A stretch of DNA of 64,000 bases, taken from Octopus sinensis. Taxonomy: Eukaryota. The stretch covers positions 59,458,001 to 59,522,000 of the forward strand of contig NC_043000.1 in NCBI RefSeq assembly GCF_006345805.1, written 5' to 3'. Below the pieces are notes generated by a model that saw nothing but the letters and a program-made list of their open reading frames with translations, did not search any database and had not been told where the DNA came from. Position 1 is the first letter of the stretch, and every line of letters begins with the position of its first letter. This document shows, piece after piece, positions 1 through 13,200 of the stretch. The translations under genes were made by a program, and so were the position numbers.

Positions 1-1113
1 TTGAGAGTATGCTTGATATCCTAAATGGGATGAGAAAAGCTACACATATTCAACTGACTAAAGGTTATATACATACGTTAACATTTCGTCCCCCTTCCCC
101 TCTCTCCACAGTGCTTTCTCCACAATAGCTGCCTATCTTGTTCATTGTTTTTGTTGTTATCTTCACTATGTTTTTGGCTTTTTTTTTTTAACCTGGGTAC
201 AAACTATTTCTTTGAAATTAATTACTGCATATTAACCTGGTTTATCCTTAGAGTCTTTTTGTTTGTTTCTTTGTACAATATGCACCTGGGTAAAGCTTAG
301 TACTTCAATTGAACAACCTAGCAGTAAAGCAGTAATGCTATTAAGTCAAGAAGGAGCCTATGGCCATTCAGTTGTGAAATATCTCACAGATTTTGTGATG
401 GTTATCATATCAAAACTGTTTTGTTCACCTGTTTCATCTAAGCTTTATAAAACTACTTATATCAACATGAGGCATAACTACTGCAGTTAAACTGTTACTT
501 CACAACTGATCACAATCATGATTTCAAATATAACAACAGCTACATAATTGTGCTCTTGGATAGAACACATCATCTGTCTAGCTGACAATAGATTTCACCC
601 TTATATCATAGTTGAGCAATAGGTGTTAGGATGAACATCCACCAATGAGAAACACTTGGTCCAGCACAAGCAACGAAAGAGAGAGAGCTTCTAATTGGCT
701 GCTCAACCTGGAAGAAATAACAGTTAAATTTCCTTTAAATCAGATTTTACCATATTAAAAATGGAAGGACACAAAGGAGAAGGTCACGACAGGTATACTT
801 TATCGTAGGTCTGCTTGATCCGAGCTGAGGGGCTAAACAACGACTTGCTTCAACAGACTGACTGGCACTTTTATATGGAAAATGTTTGTAAAACAAAGCT
901 ACAAATAACAAATTAAAAAAACTGTACTTCAAGTGTTCAAAGAATCCTTGAAAACATTGTTGTAGATATAGTGAAAACTATGAACTTCTCTCAAATCCAG
1001 CCTCTAGTAAGGGATCAGTCAGTATGAAATAATGGAACTGACTTGTATTCATATCAAAACAACTTGTTTAAAAAACAAAATGCTTCACAGAAATGTAAAA
1101 ATATGTGTCTTAC

Positions 1114-1272
1114 CATTTTCTTGATCACTTTTCACTTTCTTCCTTTCTTCTTCAAATGCTTTTAGCCATCGATCTTTCTCTACGGCATTTTTACTGAACA
1201 CTAAGAAGGATTTGTTCCGCTTGTTGTCATGAAGCTTCCAACCATTTTTCACATATACATTAAACTGGGGGT
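1114..1272 (-). CDS. ARHGEF4: RhoGEF exon J, PH end: (D)[52 protein letters not shown](G)
   Basis: 159 nt, phase 1-1, CAG acceptor and GTAAGA donor. PH C-terminal helix with the conserved Trp. No stop codon is reached, so the gene continues past position 1. Confidence 0.94.
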
Positions 1273-4200
1273 CTGAAAATTATGGATAGACTAATGAGGA
1301 TATCAACAAACATATGATGCTTATGAATAAGATAGGCACAGAGAAACAAAAATTTATCAGGTACAATGACTGGGCAGTTAAGGGACCCTTAAATGATTAC
1401 ATAAAAATATATGAATATGCAAGAAAAATATTACAAATTTAAAAGAAGTTACCTAAGCATAATAAATGAACAGAATAACCAAGCCACACACACACACTAT
1501 TAAATGTTTGCTTACCTCTTCCATCTACAACTGGATAAATTTTACTGTGGTCTAAATATATTCTTCCTCGAAACGAGAAAGAATTTTTCTTTAAAAGATC
1601 CTAAAAAGACAAAATATATATTAATATCATATCTCTGATGTGACTACATTGGAGGCTAATACTGGAAACATTATATATATATGAGAGAGAGAGATAATAT
1701 ATTATTAGACATTAAATTTGTTATGAAGTTCAGGTATGGGATTGAGGAGAAAACTAATATTCCTTTTATAATAATGTATACATGGATCCTTCCTTACCAA
1801 GAAATATCTAAATGGAAGATGCTTTACAACTTCAATATTTTCACTCTTATATTGAGTTGAGCAAACTTTAGATATTTTTAAAGTTATGTTTGATTTTTAT
1901 TTTAAAAAAAGTACATCACATCGTATTTTTACAAAAAAAAAAGATTTTATAAAAACGTGTTTGCCCACTGTTCATATTTTCAAAGAAATTTTACTTTGTC
2001 TTTTAGAAATATAAAAGGCTATAAGGTTATTAAAAAACAACAATAACTATTCAACCCAATATAAAATAAATAAATGGAGAAAATACATAAGAACTGGAAA
2101 AGGTTCAATAAATATACAAAATGAATAGTGTCTCACCTTACGACAATAGATAAGTTGATGATCAAATAAGAAAAAGTAGCGTTCCTGTGTCCAACCACTG
2201 GAATTAACTTTACTTAGTTCCCCAGAATAAATTAATTCAGAACTAGTTTCTAATAAATCAGGACCCTGAAATGATATAAATGTGACAAGATGTAAAATAT
2301 TTCATAAATAAGAAGAGTAGCATTAACTAAATTACAGAAAATATAAAGTACATTGTTGTGAAAGTAAAAGAAAGGTGAGTACATCAGTGAATAAAGCAGG
2401 CAGTATTGCATCTTAGAAGCAAGAAGACGGACTTCTATCTAGGAGTAATTAACTGTTAGGAGGTGATAGGATGTAATAAATACAGTATAACACAATAACA
2501 CATTTCCTGTCATAAGAATTGATTGAATAATGAAATACTTAGGAAATGTAGTGTTTATACTATCACTAAAAGACACAGATTTTATTTTGTTGATATGGGG
2601 AATCATTGAATCATAATTTTTTTTTTATATTTCTTTAGCTTAATTAACCTAAAGACCAGTATTTGGATTTTGAACAATAATGTTCTGCATTACAATCATG
2701 CCAGGATAAAATCAATTGTCTATGCACACAAGTGTTTGTGTATGTGTGTGCATGCATAAAGTCATATTAAACATGTCTAAGCACACTTGAACATATGAAG
2801 ACCTTCTGCTGTGGAAATAGTCCTAGGAGAAAATTCTCCTCTCTGACAACATGTATGAAAACACACTGGGTTGCGATTGATGCATGTGTTCCTGCATTCT
2901 TTCATGTAACCAGCCGTGAACATCAAATCCTGTATTTCATAGCCTGATAAGAATAAAGTAGAATGGCATGTTGTATATTTGCAGATGTGCATGTCTGTTG
3001 AGATGGATTCTACTTGTAATTCAAAGGTACAGCCTTGTCACTGTTTAACTCTGGTCCAGCCTCAGAATTTACATTAAAGGTACAGCATTTTTCTGTTGAA
3101 TGCTTGTCTCCAACTTCAATAATGAAGATTCAACATGAAGATAGGCATTCCATTCATTGAAATGCCAGCTAGCATGTAAATGGTTGAGCATTCCACAAAG
3201 ACATGTATCTTTAATGCAATTTCTTAGGCAGAATCAGAGGGAAACAGTAAGTGTGCCTTTGAATTACAGCTACACTCCATACAGTAGTCTTCTATAAAGA
3301 TTCTGTTTATCCAGTTTCATAAGTTATGGTCAACGTGAGGCTATAGAAAATGAAATATGCTCAAGATAACACACAATGAGGGATTGCAAGGCAAGCCCCT
3401 TAACCAGTCAGCCATAATATTTATAAAAGGAAAGGGGTAGCAACTTGGCAGAAAAGTAGTTGTAAAATGGATGAACGTATACATACATAAACACAAATCA
3501 GCATCATTTTTACACCCACATCCATTTCTAGTTGCATTCACCTTGACAAGATCCAATGGTACAGAAAGCCATGATTTGCTCCAGTATCTCAGTTTTGGCA
3601 TGGTTACAACAGCTGGGCACCCTTCCTAATTCCAATCACTTTACAGAGTGCACTAGGTGCTTTTTTCATAGCATTAACACTAGTGAGGTAGCCATGTAAT
3701 TCACAAGACTACAGAGTCCCCCACAACTCCCTTGCCCGAGATGGAGAATAGAAAACAGACTCTTATGTAAGGTATTGAGAGGTTAATATATGATAACCGG
3801 CACTCCATCTGTTACGATGACAAGGGTTCCAGTTGATCTGATCAACAAAATAACCTGCTCATGAAATTGATATACAAGTGGCTGAGCTCTCCACAAACAT
3901 GTGTACCGTTAATGTAGTTCTCTGGGAGATTCCGTGTGACACAGAATGTGAAAGTTGGTCCTTTGAAATACAGGTCAAGTGGACTGAAGCGATGTAAAAT
4001 GTCTTGCTCAAGGACACAACATGCCGCCAGGAATCAAATTCACAATCTTACAATCATGAGCCAAATACTCTAACCACTAAGCCATGCACCCTCATTAATA
4101 TATGACAGGAGGAGAAGGGACAGGTTTGTTGCAAGAGACATAAATATGGTGGTGACGAGGTGCCAGAACACATCCTCAAACCTTTATAATTTGTGGGCTT

Positions 4201-7200
4201 ATATCTCATTAAATACATATTATTTTCCATATAACCAATATTTTTGGCCATTCATCACAGTATGTAAAGAATGATGGGACTGTGTGTGCATGCATGCATG
4301 CATAATGGGTTACAGTAACTATTATTAGAAGAGAGAGAAGACAACGAGCTGGTAGATTTGTTACTGCATCTAGTAAAGTACTTAGTGGCATTTTGTCCAG
4401 CTTTATGTTCAGAGTTGATAAAGTACCAGGTGGCACTGGAGTTGATGTAATTGATTTACCCCTCCCCAGAAATTGAAGGCCTTGTGCCAAAATTTGAAAC
4501 CATTATTAGATGAAAGAGAGAGAACTGTTCATTTATTCATTTAATATCACAACTAGTGACCATTATTGGCTACAGGTTAAGCTGATCAGTGGTTCACTTC
4601 ACTTTTGATGATGAAAGTGACAAGGGAGTGTCTATAACTCATTGCCAAATACTTATGGCAAAGAGTTTTGTTCAAATTAGCACCAACATAAACATACAGA
4701 AGTAAAAGATATGAAAAAATTATTTTTATAGAAGTAGTATTAACAAGCAGAAACACTTTTAATCTTCATTTCTAAACAGGCTATTCTTGGGTGATTTCAG
4801 TAACATAGTTTTTCTGAGAAAAGATTGTTAGTTCCTAGAAAAAGAGACACTGTAAGTGGTCCTCCATGACCATTTTTACAGCATAGTATAGTTGATCTTG
4901 AAAGAGAAATGAAGAATTGACCAAGCACATGACTGGTGGCTTTATTTACAGACCTCTCTAAGTATGACTGACAAAGTTAACTTTGGTAAGCTTTGAATAA
5001 ATCATTTTGTAGAGAGCCAGAACTAATACCCCAACACATTCTATCTGAAGTTTAAGCAGTGGTTCTCAACTGACATTGATAAGATGGGGGGGGGGGTCAT
5101 ATAACATTGGCGGGGGGCACACTAGCAATATAGTAAGTTGGAGATCCACAGTAATATTTTAAGGACCCATGAAAAACTTTGATTTAAATGTATGGATTCC
5201 AAGAAACACCTAGGTTTCTTTCTCTAACATTTTATATAATTCAACCTACACAAGTTAATGTCTGAATAACAAAATAGGAATTTTGAAAGAAATATCTATA
5301 AAATTAGTTTTTAAACATTGAATGGCTATAGGGATCCACTAGAATAAAATAGTAAACAAAGGGGTACATAGATATAAAAAAATTTAAAAACCACAGCTTT
5401 AATGACTTAGCCAAATTGTTGCCTTAGAACATATTTACATTTATCAATATGGATAAATGTGTTCTAAAAGCAAATTTTTGTATAACAAATGCATCACATT
5501 AAAAGAAAGATAAGATCTTGATAAGTTCAATCAATATTCTCTGTCAAAAATACAAAAAATAATTTATGGAAGAGTATAATTCTAATCACATTTAGGGAAC
5601 CTTGTCACAATCTCAACTTCAGTAAAATTACATCCAGATAAAATAATTATAAAAGAACCAATTAAATGATGTGATTAGTCAGACTAGGTGAAAATAATGG
5701 AAAGAAGAAATGTCAAAACTTGTGAATTTCTTAAAGGAATATTTCTTTTTGTTTAGAAATATCATTTAGAATAAACATCCTTTGAAACAAAGAAATGACT
5801 AATGAAAATCAACATGTTATCAAAAGTGAAGGAGGAGTATGGTAAATTATATTTTTTAGTTTATCTGTCAAAAGTGTAAAAAATTTTCTCCAAACATAAC
5901 ATTTACAATAGAGCTAAACAATGGCACATAAAGGCTGTCATTTGATGACATGTCAGTCTCCAACTGGTACTCAAATACCACAACTGGAGGTATCATTAAT
6001 TTCAGTTCGCAGTATGACTCAGTAACCATAGAAGGTAGGGAGTTTTCTAATACAGAAATTATAATAATCAGTTGCTTTGAGAAACAGCTGACACCTCTCA
6101 CTTGTAATGTTTTCATAATCTGTTTAAGAAACCCTGTTTTTCTACAAAAATTCAACTGCTAAAATAAAAACACACGAGATAATAAAGAAAATTTATTGCT
6201 AAACATATCTTCACACAGTCTTTGATGATGGGATAGTACAATTAATAAACATCAATATGGTACAATTACATTGTGGAAGAGTCATTTTAGTCGTTTCAGA
6301 ACACACAAAAAATGTTATATCTATTTTCCAGAGGAATTAGCTCAGTGACTGGGATTGCAGAGGTGCAATGAAGATTTTGGCATCTCAAGAAATAAGTGGG
6401 AAGTGAACATATGTTCTTGTGTATTCTTTAAATGATTAAAATAACTTCCATGGTGTAATTGCTTTAGTTTCAACACATGGTATCAAATCACTTATCAATC
6501 TGGTGTTTTATAACAAGGTTTTGAAGCACTAATAAGAAAAGAATCTCTGTATTTTTACTTCATATTATGAACCATCAAAAGACATCTATGCACTGGAAAC
6601 TATTAAAAATGGCTGCCAAATCTTCCTCAAATCACATTCTATCTCGAAAATCGAAAGACACACACCAGATAATACATTCCTAAATAAAATGCAAAAGAAA
6701 ATAAACATGGGATGTTTTGGCTGCCCAGGTCTGTTCTATCAAGCTATCTCATAGCTAAACCACGATGGCCTTCATATGACTATTTTTAATTAAGACTGTC
6801 TTTATTTGTTACCATTTAGATCACATATGTAATGACAAAATGTGTGCAGTTATTTTTTGCTTCATTAATCCAAGGAAAGTTACAAACTACTACATAGTTA
6901 CACATAGTGCTGAGTATATGATGTTTAGAATACATTTTACATGCAGGGAAAATCTGAGTTTCAGGTATTAAACAAGCATATAAAAAAATAGATGTAAAAT
7001 AGTGAACAAAATCTTATGCATATGCTTTTGTTACCATATTTCTGTTAAAATATACTGCCTTTGCTTCAAATAATTTCGAAAATAAAGAATTTAGTAAAAT
7101 AAATTTATCATCATTAAGCTGGTGTTTGGAGTATAAACTAACAAAAATTTTTGATAGAATCTTTTAGTTCATATCACATTAAAGAAGAAAGTTTCTGTCA

Positions 7201-10200
7201 TAGAAATAGAGACAGTCTCAGGTGGGATGGTATCAAAAGTTCTTTGAGAAATAGATCTCTTTATCCCTAGCAAGTGTTTAATTTTGCTTTAATTAAGTAT
7301 TTATTGAAATTAGATAATAAAATAAAATTGTATAAGGAAAACATATTAGTTATAGCTAGATTTAAATTGGAATGCAAGTCTTAGTCTGTTAATTAGTAAC
7401 ACTAAAATGTAGCAACTTGATCATGACTATCATATAACATTAGATCTCAAAGTTAATTTCCAGACTGACTTATCAGTCACAAATATACAGTAGTATTTCC
7501 CCAGTTGGAAATACTAAAACTTAAAATTTAAAAGAAAAGTCAAAGGAAAACATTTTATTTTCACTCAAAAACATTAAAAATAAATCTATAGCAATATAAC
7601 TGCAATTTTAAAATCTTAATCTTCTCAGATGACAGACAGAACACTCTGTTGGTATTGTATATATAAGAAGCGAAGTATAAATCTAGATGAAAAGAACTTA
7701 ATCCACTACAAAATTCTACAATATATATAAAAACCACAAACAAATGTTATATGGAAAAACAAAACCTTTTAACACTAAAATACGAGGAAGTTTGAAGATT
7801 GTAGACAAATATAAAATAAAAAGAATATGACTGGCAGCTATTTCAAAGTCTTAAATCTATATAATAAAAAAAAAAAAACAGAAGTAATTTTAATGGTGGT
7901 AGTTAGATGTTGGTAGTTGTTAGAACTATCTCAGTAAAGAAGGTAAAAAGATACAAGCTGATTAACTGGAGACATTTTTAATGATGTTGCAACAACAAAA
8001 GTAATTCTGGTGTTTCTTGACAGATTAACAGAAATATATTATTTACATTTGACAGATAGTTGTCCTCATCTTGTTTGTTGTTAACACAATATTTCGGCTG
8101 ATACACTCTCCAGCTTTCATCAGGTAACTTGGGGGAAATTTCAAGCCTGGGTTCTCATTCCTAAGGTATTTTTTTATGTTGTTGTTGTTATTATTATTAT
8201 TATTATTACTATTATTCAGATCACTGCCTGGAATTGAACTCGGAATCTTGAGGTTAGTAGCCTGCACTCTTAACCACTATGCCATATAAGGACAAATATC
8301 AGTCAAATGTAAATAATGTATATAATTCCTCATCTCTTAAATATAGAACTGTATAACAGAAATATGTTTAACACTTTCACTATTCAGAAAACCAGAACAT
8401 AAAAACAATTTTCACTTGTAAGATAGTTGAAAACTAACAGACTTGAACAAACATACCCACAAGTGAAGAAAGCCTACAATTTAGCTTTAATTACTTCATT
8501 AACAGCTGTCTTGAGGCACCTCTCTGCTGCATCAGTGGTACTGCAGATGGCCTTCTTCCTTCTCACTCACTTGATGCCCTAACTGAAGGCTCTGTCAGGG
8601 AACGGACTATGAAACCCCTGCATCCAACCTCCACTGGGAGGCACAATGCTCTCCAACCAGCCCGCTGGCAGTCACTGACCAGATCTGCGTACTTGGAGAG
8701 CTTTCTCTCAAAAGCTTCTTCCAGGCGATCTTCCCATGGGACAATCAGCTCCAGCAGCAGCACTTGCTTGGTGGACTCAGACACGAGGACAATGTCTGGT
8801 CGCAGGGTGGTGACCGCAATGTGGCCAGGGAACTTCAGCTAATGCTCAAGATCCACCAGTAGCTGCCAGTCCCTTGCAGATGCTTTTCAGGCATGGGTTG
8901 GCTTTTCTTCAGCTCTGACAAAGGTGATGGTTTTCTTGGAGGATCGGAACCACTTCACCCACACAAGTCCTGTGCCGATGGCTTCAGTGATGGTCTTAAG
9001 GACTTGGTCATGCCTTCAGCGGTACCCTCCTTCTCCAAGTGCCCCAGTGCAGAAGCTGAGGATGTGTTCCAGGGTTCTTTACTTGGAACATAACACACAT
9101 GCTGGTGTCTCTGCTATGCCCCATGTGTGCAGGTTTGATGGGCTTGGGAGCACATCGTACACTGCCTGGATGAGGAATTTAATGTGGTGAGGCTTGGCTT
9201 TCCACAGCTCAGCCCAAGTCATTTTCCTCTCAACTGCATTCTCCCATCTTTCCAAGCTCCCTGATGCGTCATTCCCACTGCCTTGCATGTTCTCATTTCC
9301 TCCACTGCAGTTCTCACCTTCTCCTGAACAAGGCAACACCCTTTCTTCCCGCTGGTGTTTGTTTGGGGAGTTGGAAAAGAACCTACCCCAAGTTTCCTTT
9401 GGCACAGCCTTGCCTCTGCCTCTTGAACTGCGTCCTCTGCTCTCCACTTCCTGCCAGTCCTCACTTGGATCCCTGCTTTAGCCACTTTTGGATCACAAGA
9501 GTCCCTGTACTGGACCACTTCTCTGGCTCTTGCCACCTTGAATTCCTCTTCCAATGATTTGTAAATTAAATTGAAGAAGTACAGTGTACATATCTTTGTT
9601 CATAAATAATAGTACATCCCACCTACACTAGCGTAACCAGAGTGTTGTGGCGCCTGGGATGGCCCTTCAGCTTGTTGCCCCAGGTCCCCACAAAAAATAC
9701 ATATTGCCTACAGCAGACTCAAAAGTGATGCTGCCCTGGGTGGACCACCCCCTCTGCCTCCCTCTAGCTATGCTGGTGCCCAGATATATTATTAAACTGT
9801 TGGCTCAAAATATTTCATGTCAAAGAGCTACCAAATATAAGGATTTAAACTAGTTACAGGACTTGTTAGAAATCTACCTTAAATAACACCTCTCTTAAAA
9901 AGGAAAGACACATGAAATAGTTCTACAGAAACTATACCTTAGCAGAGAAAGAAATATATGTTTATGGGTGGAACTTCTGAACTCTGATCATAGGTCTGCA
10001 TGGAGCTAAACAACAACTATCTGTTACATTAAAAGTTAACTTGATATGAGAGTCAATTAAGAACTGCTAGATATCAAAATATAATCTAGAGTGACACTAT
10101 CAAGAAATCAGGTCCTTAAGTGTGTTGGATTTTGTTAAATTCTTTTCTATGGATCTCCAAAACTCTTGTTAAAATATCCTAACCAAGATTAAAATATATA

Positions 10201-13200
10201 ATCCAAGTATTTAATGGGATATGAATTGAGATAAGAGACTTGATTTAGAGTTTAACCAAACTATACAACTAGTACAGAAGATACCACACAGATTAGTGGT
10301 TGTTAAGCAATCTAAAACAATAACAATACTGGATAAACATAGAAAGGTATTAATACAGTTGAGCTGACAAGTTTCCCAATAGAACTCTAAATTTTCAGTG
10401 CATAAATGATATTTCTATGTGCTATTCCATTCATTTTAAAGGAACCACCAAAGTTTTTTTTTTCATCTTGTACAACTTTATTTCATTTCTATACAATAGT
10501 GATGAAAACATGTAAGGTTGCAAAGTGCCACAGCACTTCTCCCCACTTCATCTGTCACTAAATATCTCATTGACCTTCTCATGCAAGCTGCTTCATTCTT
10601 GTGGATACACATATGGGAAAACATATACACAGATAGAACCATAAACTAAATGTAACTGATGTCTGCTGCAGTAATGTAAAAAGTACATATTGAGAACAAG
10701 CTCTCTTTTACTAAACTACTATTCTAATGGGTTACAAACCTATTACAAATTCTGGTGGGGCAGAAACTTTGAATTGATGGAAAAAAATTCAAAGTTGTTA
10801 AACACAATAAATTGAATACTTTAAAATAATTAATGGTGTAAAAATGAGTTAAATAACTCTTGCACTGTGGAATGAAAAACTCAGTTCACATTTCTGAAAT
10901 GATTCATTAAAAGAAACCTCTTCAGCAAAAAAAGGATGCTAGCAGCTCAAATCTTCACCTAGAGACCTAATTTAATTCAGTTATATAACACTTGAAAAAT
11001 TTCATAAGAAGAAAAATAAAATGAAGCAATTTCAAATATATATGAAGTTTGCTGTAAATGGTAGATTGATGGAGGCACGAGAGGCAGGAGACCACTAGAA
11101 TATTTGGTTTTGTATCTCTACTTATTATGATCAATTTATGCCAGAACTTGCTATATCTATCCCTCTATTGTAAAAGTAGCAGTGATATAATAGCATAATG
11201 TATTGGAGTGTATAGAGCTGAGTGCAACATAACACCACCTGCAGTCAGGCCTATTGAGCCCAAGGCTACTGAAGTGACAGCCCAATATCATATTCACCTG
11301 ATCTTTCCTTCTATTTTTTTTAATGTCAAAAAAGTGACACTGATCACTGTATTGGTGCTGAGTGGCTCTAGTCATCTCTACTTGGGTAGACTTAATGCAT
11401 AGAAACAGGCGACTGAAATCTGTAAATTTGATTGGAGATTCAGCATTATGGACAAGTAAATGTATAAAATGCCTGGTGTACATCATTAATGTTTTAATAA
11501 TGGCACCCCTCTGTCTTTCTTTTGATCTTAAACCATAACTAATAACCAACTGTGTCTCATTAAGTATCTAGACCAGACACGAGCAACACAGAGCATTCAG
11601 GTGCATGTGGCCCACTATGTGTTTTTATACCACATGCAAAATGTCATGTCCATAAAAACACAATACTATTTTTTACCAATATTCTGTAACATTATATTTA
11701 AGCCTGATTCCATTAATATGAACAATTTTTGAGCTGGAAGAATCATCAACACACTGGGCAAAATACTTAGAGGCATTCCATCTACCTTTATGTTCTGAGT
11801 TCAAATTCTGCAGAGACTGACTTTACTTGTCATCCTTTCTAGCTCAATAAAATAAGTACAAGTTGAGTACTGGAGCTGATGTAATCAACTTAGCCCTCTC
11901 ATCTGAAATTGCTGGCCTTGTGCCAAAATTTGAAACCATTATTTCTATTATTCACTCAAATTTTTATGCATTATGACAAAAAGTACACTGCTCTACATAT
12001 GAGGTTTCAATTATTCTTTCAGTGGCGTGACCTGATTTATGATGAACTGTATTCTATTAGGCCCACTACAGAAAAAACTTTTGCTCATGCCTAACCTAGA
12101 AGTAAGTGCATCAAGATTTATGCCTAATACCTTAACCACTACACCTAACTTCTGTAATATGCATACATTGCACTTGAACATCATATAACACAGTAAAATT
12201 ATGTTGTAACAGAAACCACAATATAAATGTGTGGTTATCATTGTAAAGAAGTTATCAAATAAAGAATAGTCAAGAGGAACTCTTACCTCCCAGTCTTCGA
12301 CTGTTGCCTGCCATTCAGCTATTTTCTCAATACTTTCCATTCTTCGTTTTCTCTCATTAATAAGGCAAGCTATCTTCTTCATAGCATCTAGAGCCTCGCA
12401 GACATCATGATAATCTGGGTGGGAGGTTGATGTGTATTTTAGAAGTTCAGCCAACTGTAATGGATACTTGCAAATTTTCTGTACTGGGGTGAGTAAGAAT
12501 CCTTCTAATGGTATCTGTTTCATGTCTTGTAGTAAGCGGCAACCCTGGAAGATAATACCAAAGGAACAAAAATTGAGAGGAGGTAGATAGATAAAGAAGA
12601 AGAGAGGGGATATCAAATGTGTGTGTGTATGTGTATTGGTTGAAAAGGTATGTCATTAGGCAAGAAATACATTCAGAAGAAAAGCAGGAGATAAAGAGGA
12701 CATTAAGCTTGTAAAGAGAAACATATTTTCAAGTTTATTACCATGTGATATATTGAGAAGATTTTTCAACTATGTTAGTTTAAATATCTTCATTTCAGGG
12801 TAAAGCTTAAGTGTATATCTACCACTACCAAAAGTTACTTTTATTTTATTCTTTAAGCTCTGATGCAAAGATATCACACAAAAATTAATAAATGTCAAAT
12901 AAGTTTTACAAATTAAAAGGGTTAGTTAGTCTGAAAATGAAGCTAACTGTACTTGAACCTTTTTTATAGGTCCACTAGAATTTATTACATAAAGGAATGA
13001 AATAAGTGTTTTGGTTGCGAAAAATATATAAACAAAAGTGATGTATTTTTTGGAAAAAAAAAGTTAGTTAGCAAAATGTTTAGTATTGGGTCTAAGAAGG
13101 GATAAGTAATGGTAGGTTTGATGAGAGAAAGATAGATTGGTGCATCAGACAAGGGGTGTATAGAGTCAGTAAGCAGAAAAGAACAGACTTCTGTTGTAGC

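Noticed and set aside
2137-2141. Alternative donor GTAAGG 4 nt inside exon H
   Set aside because: It would frameshift the PH domain. Homology to collybistin (CKK/DL) supports the AAG/GTGAGA donor.
11157-11549. 130-aa minus-strand ORF (and the 98-aa plus-strand ORF at 14505-14801)
   Set aside because: No recognisable domain and no convincing splice signals; probably chance or very old TE debris.
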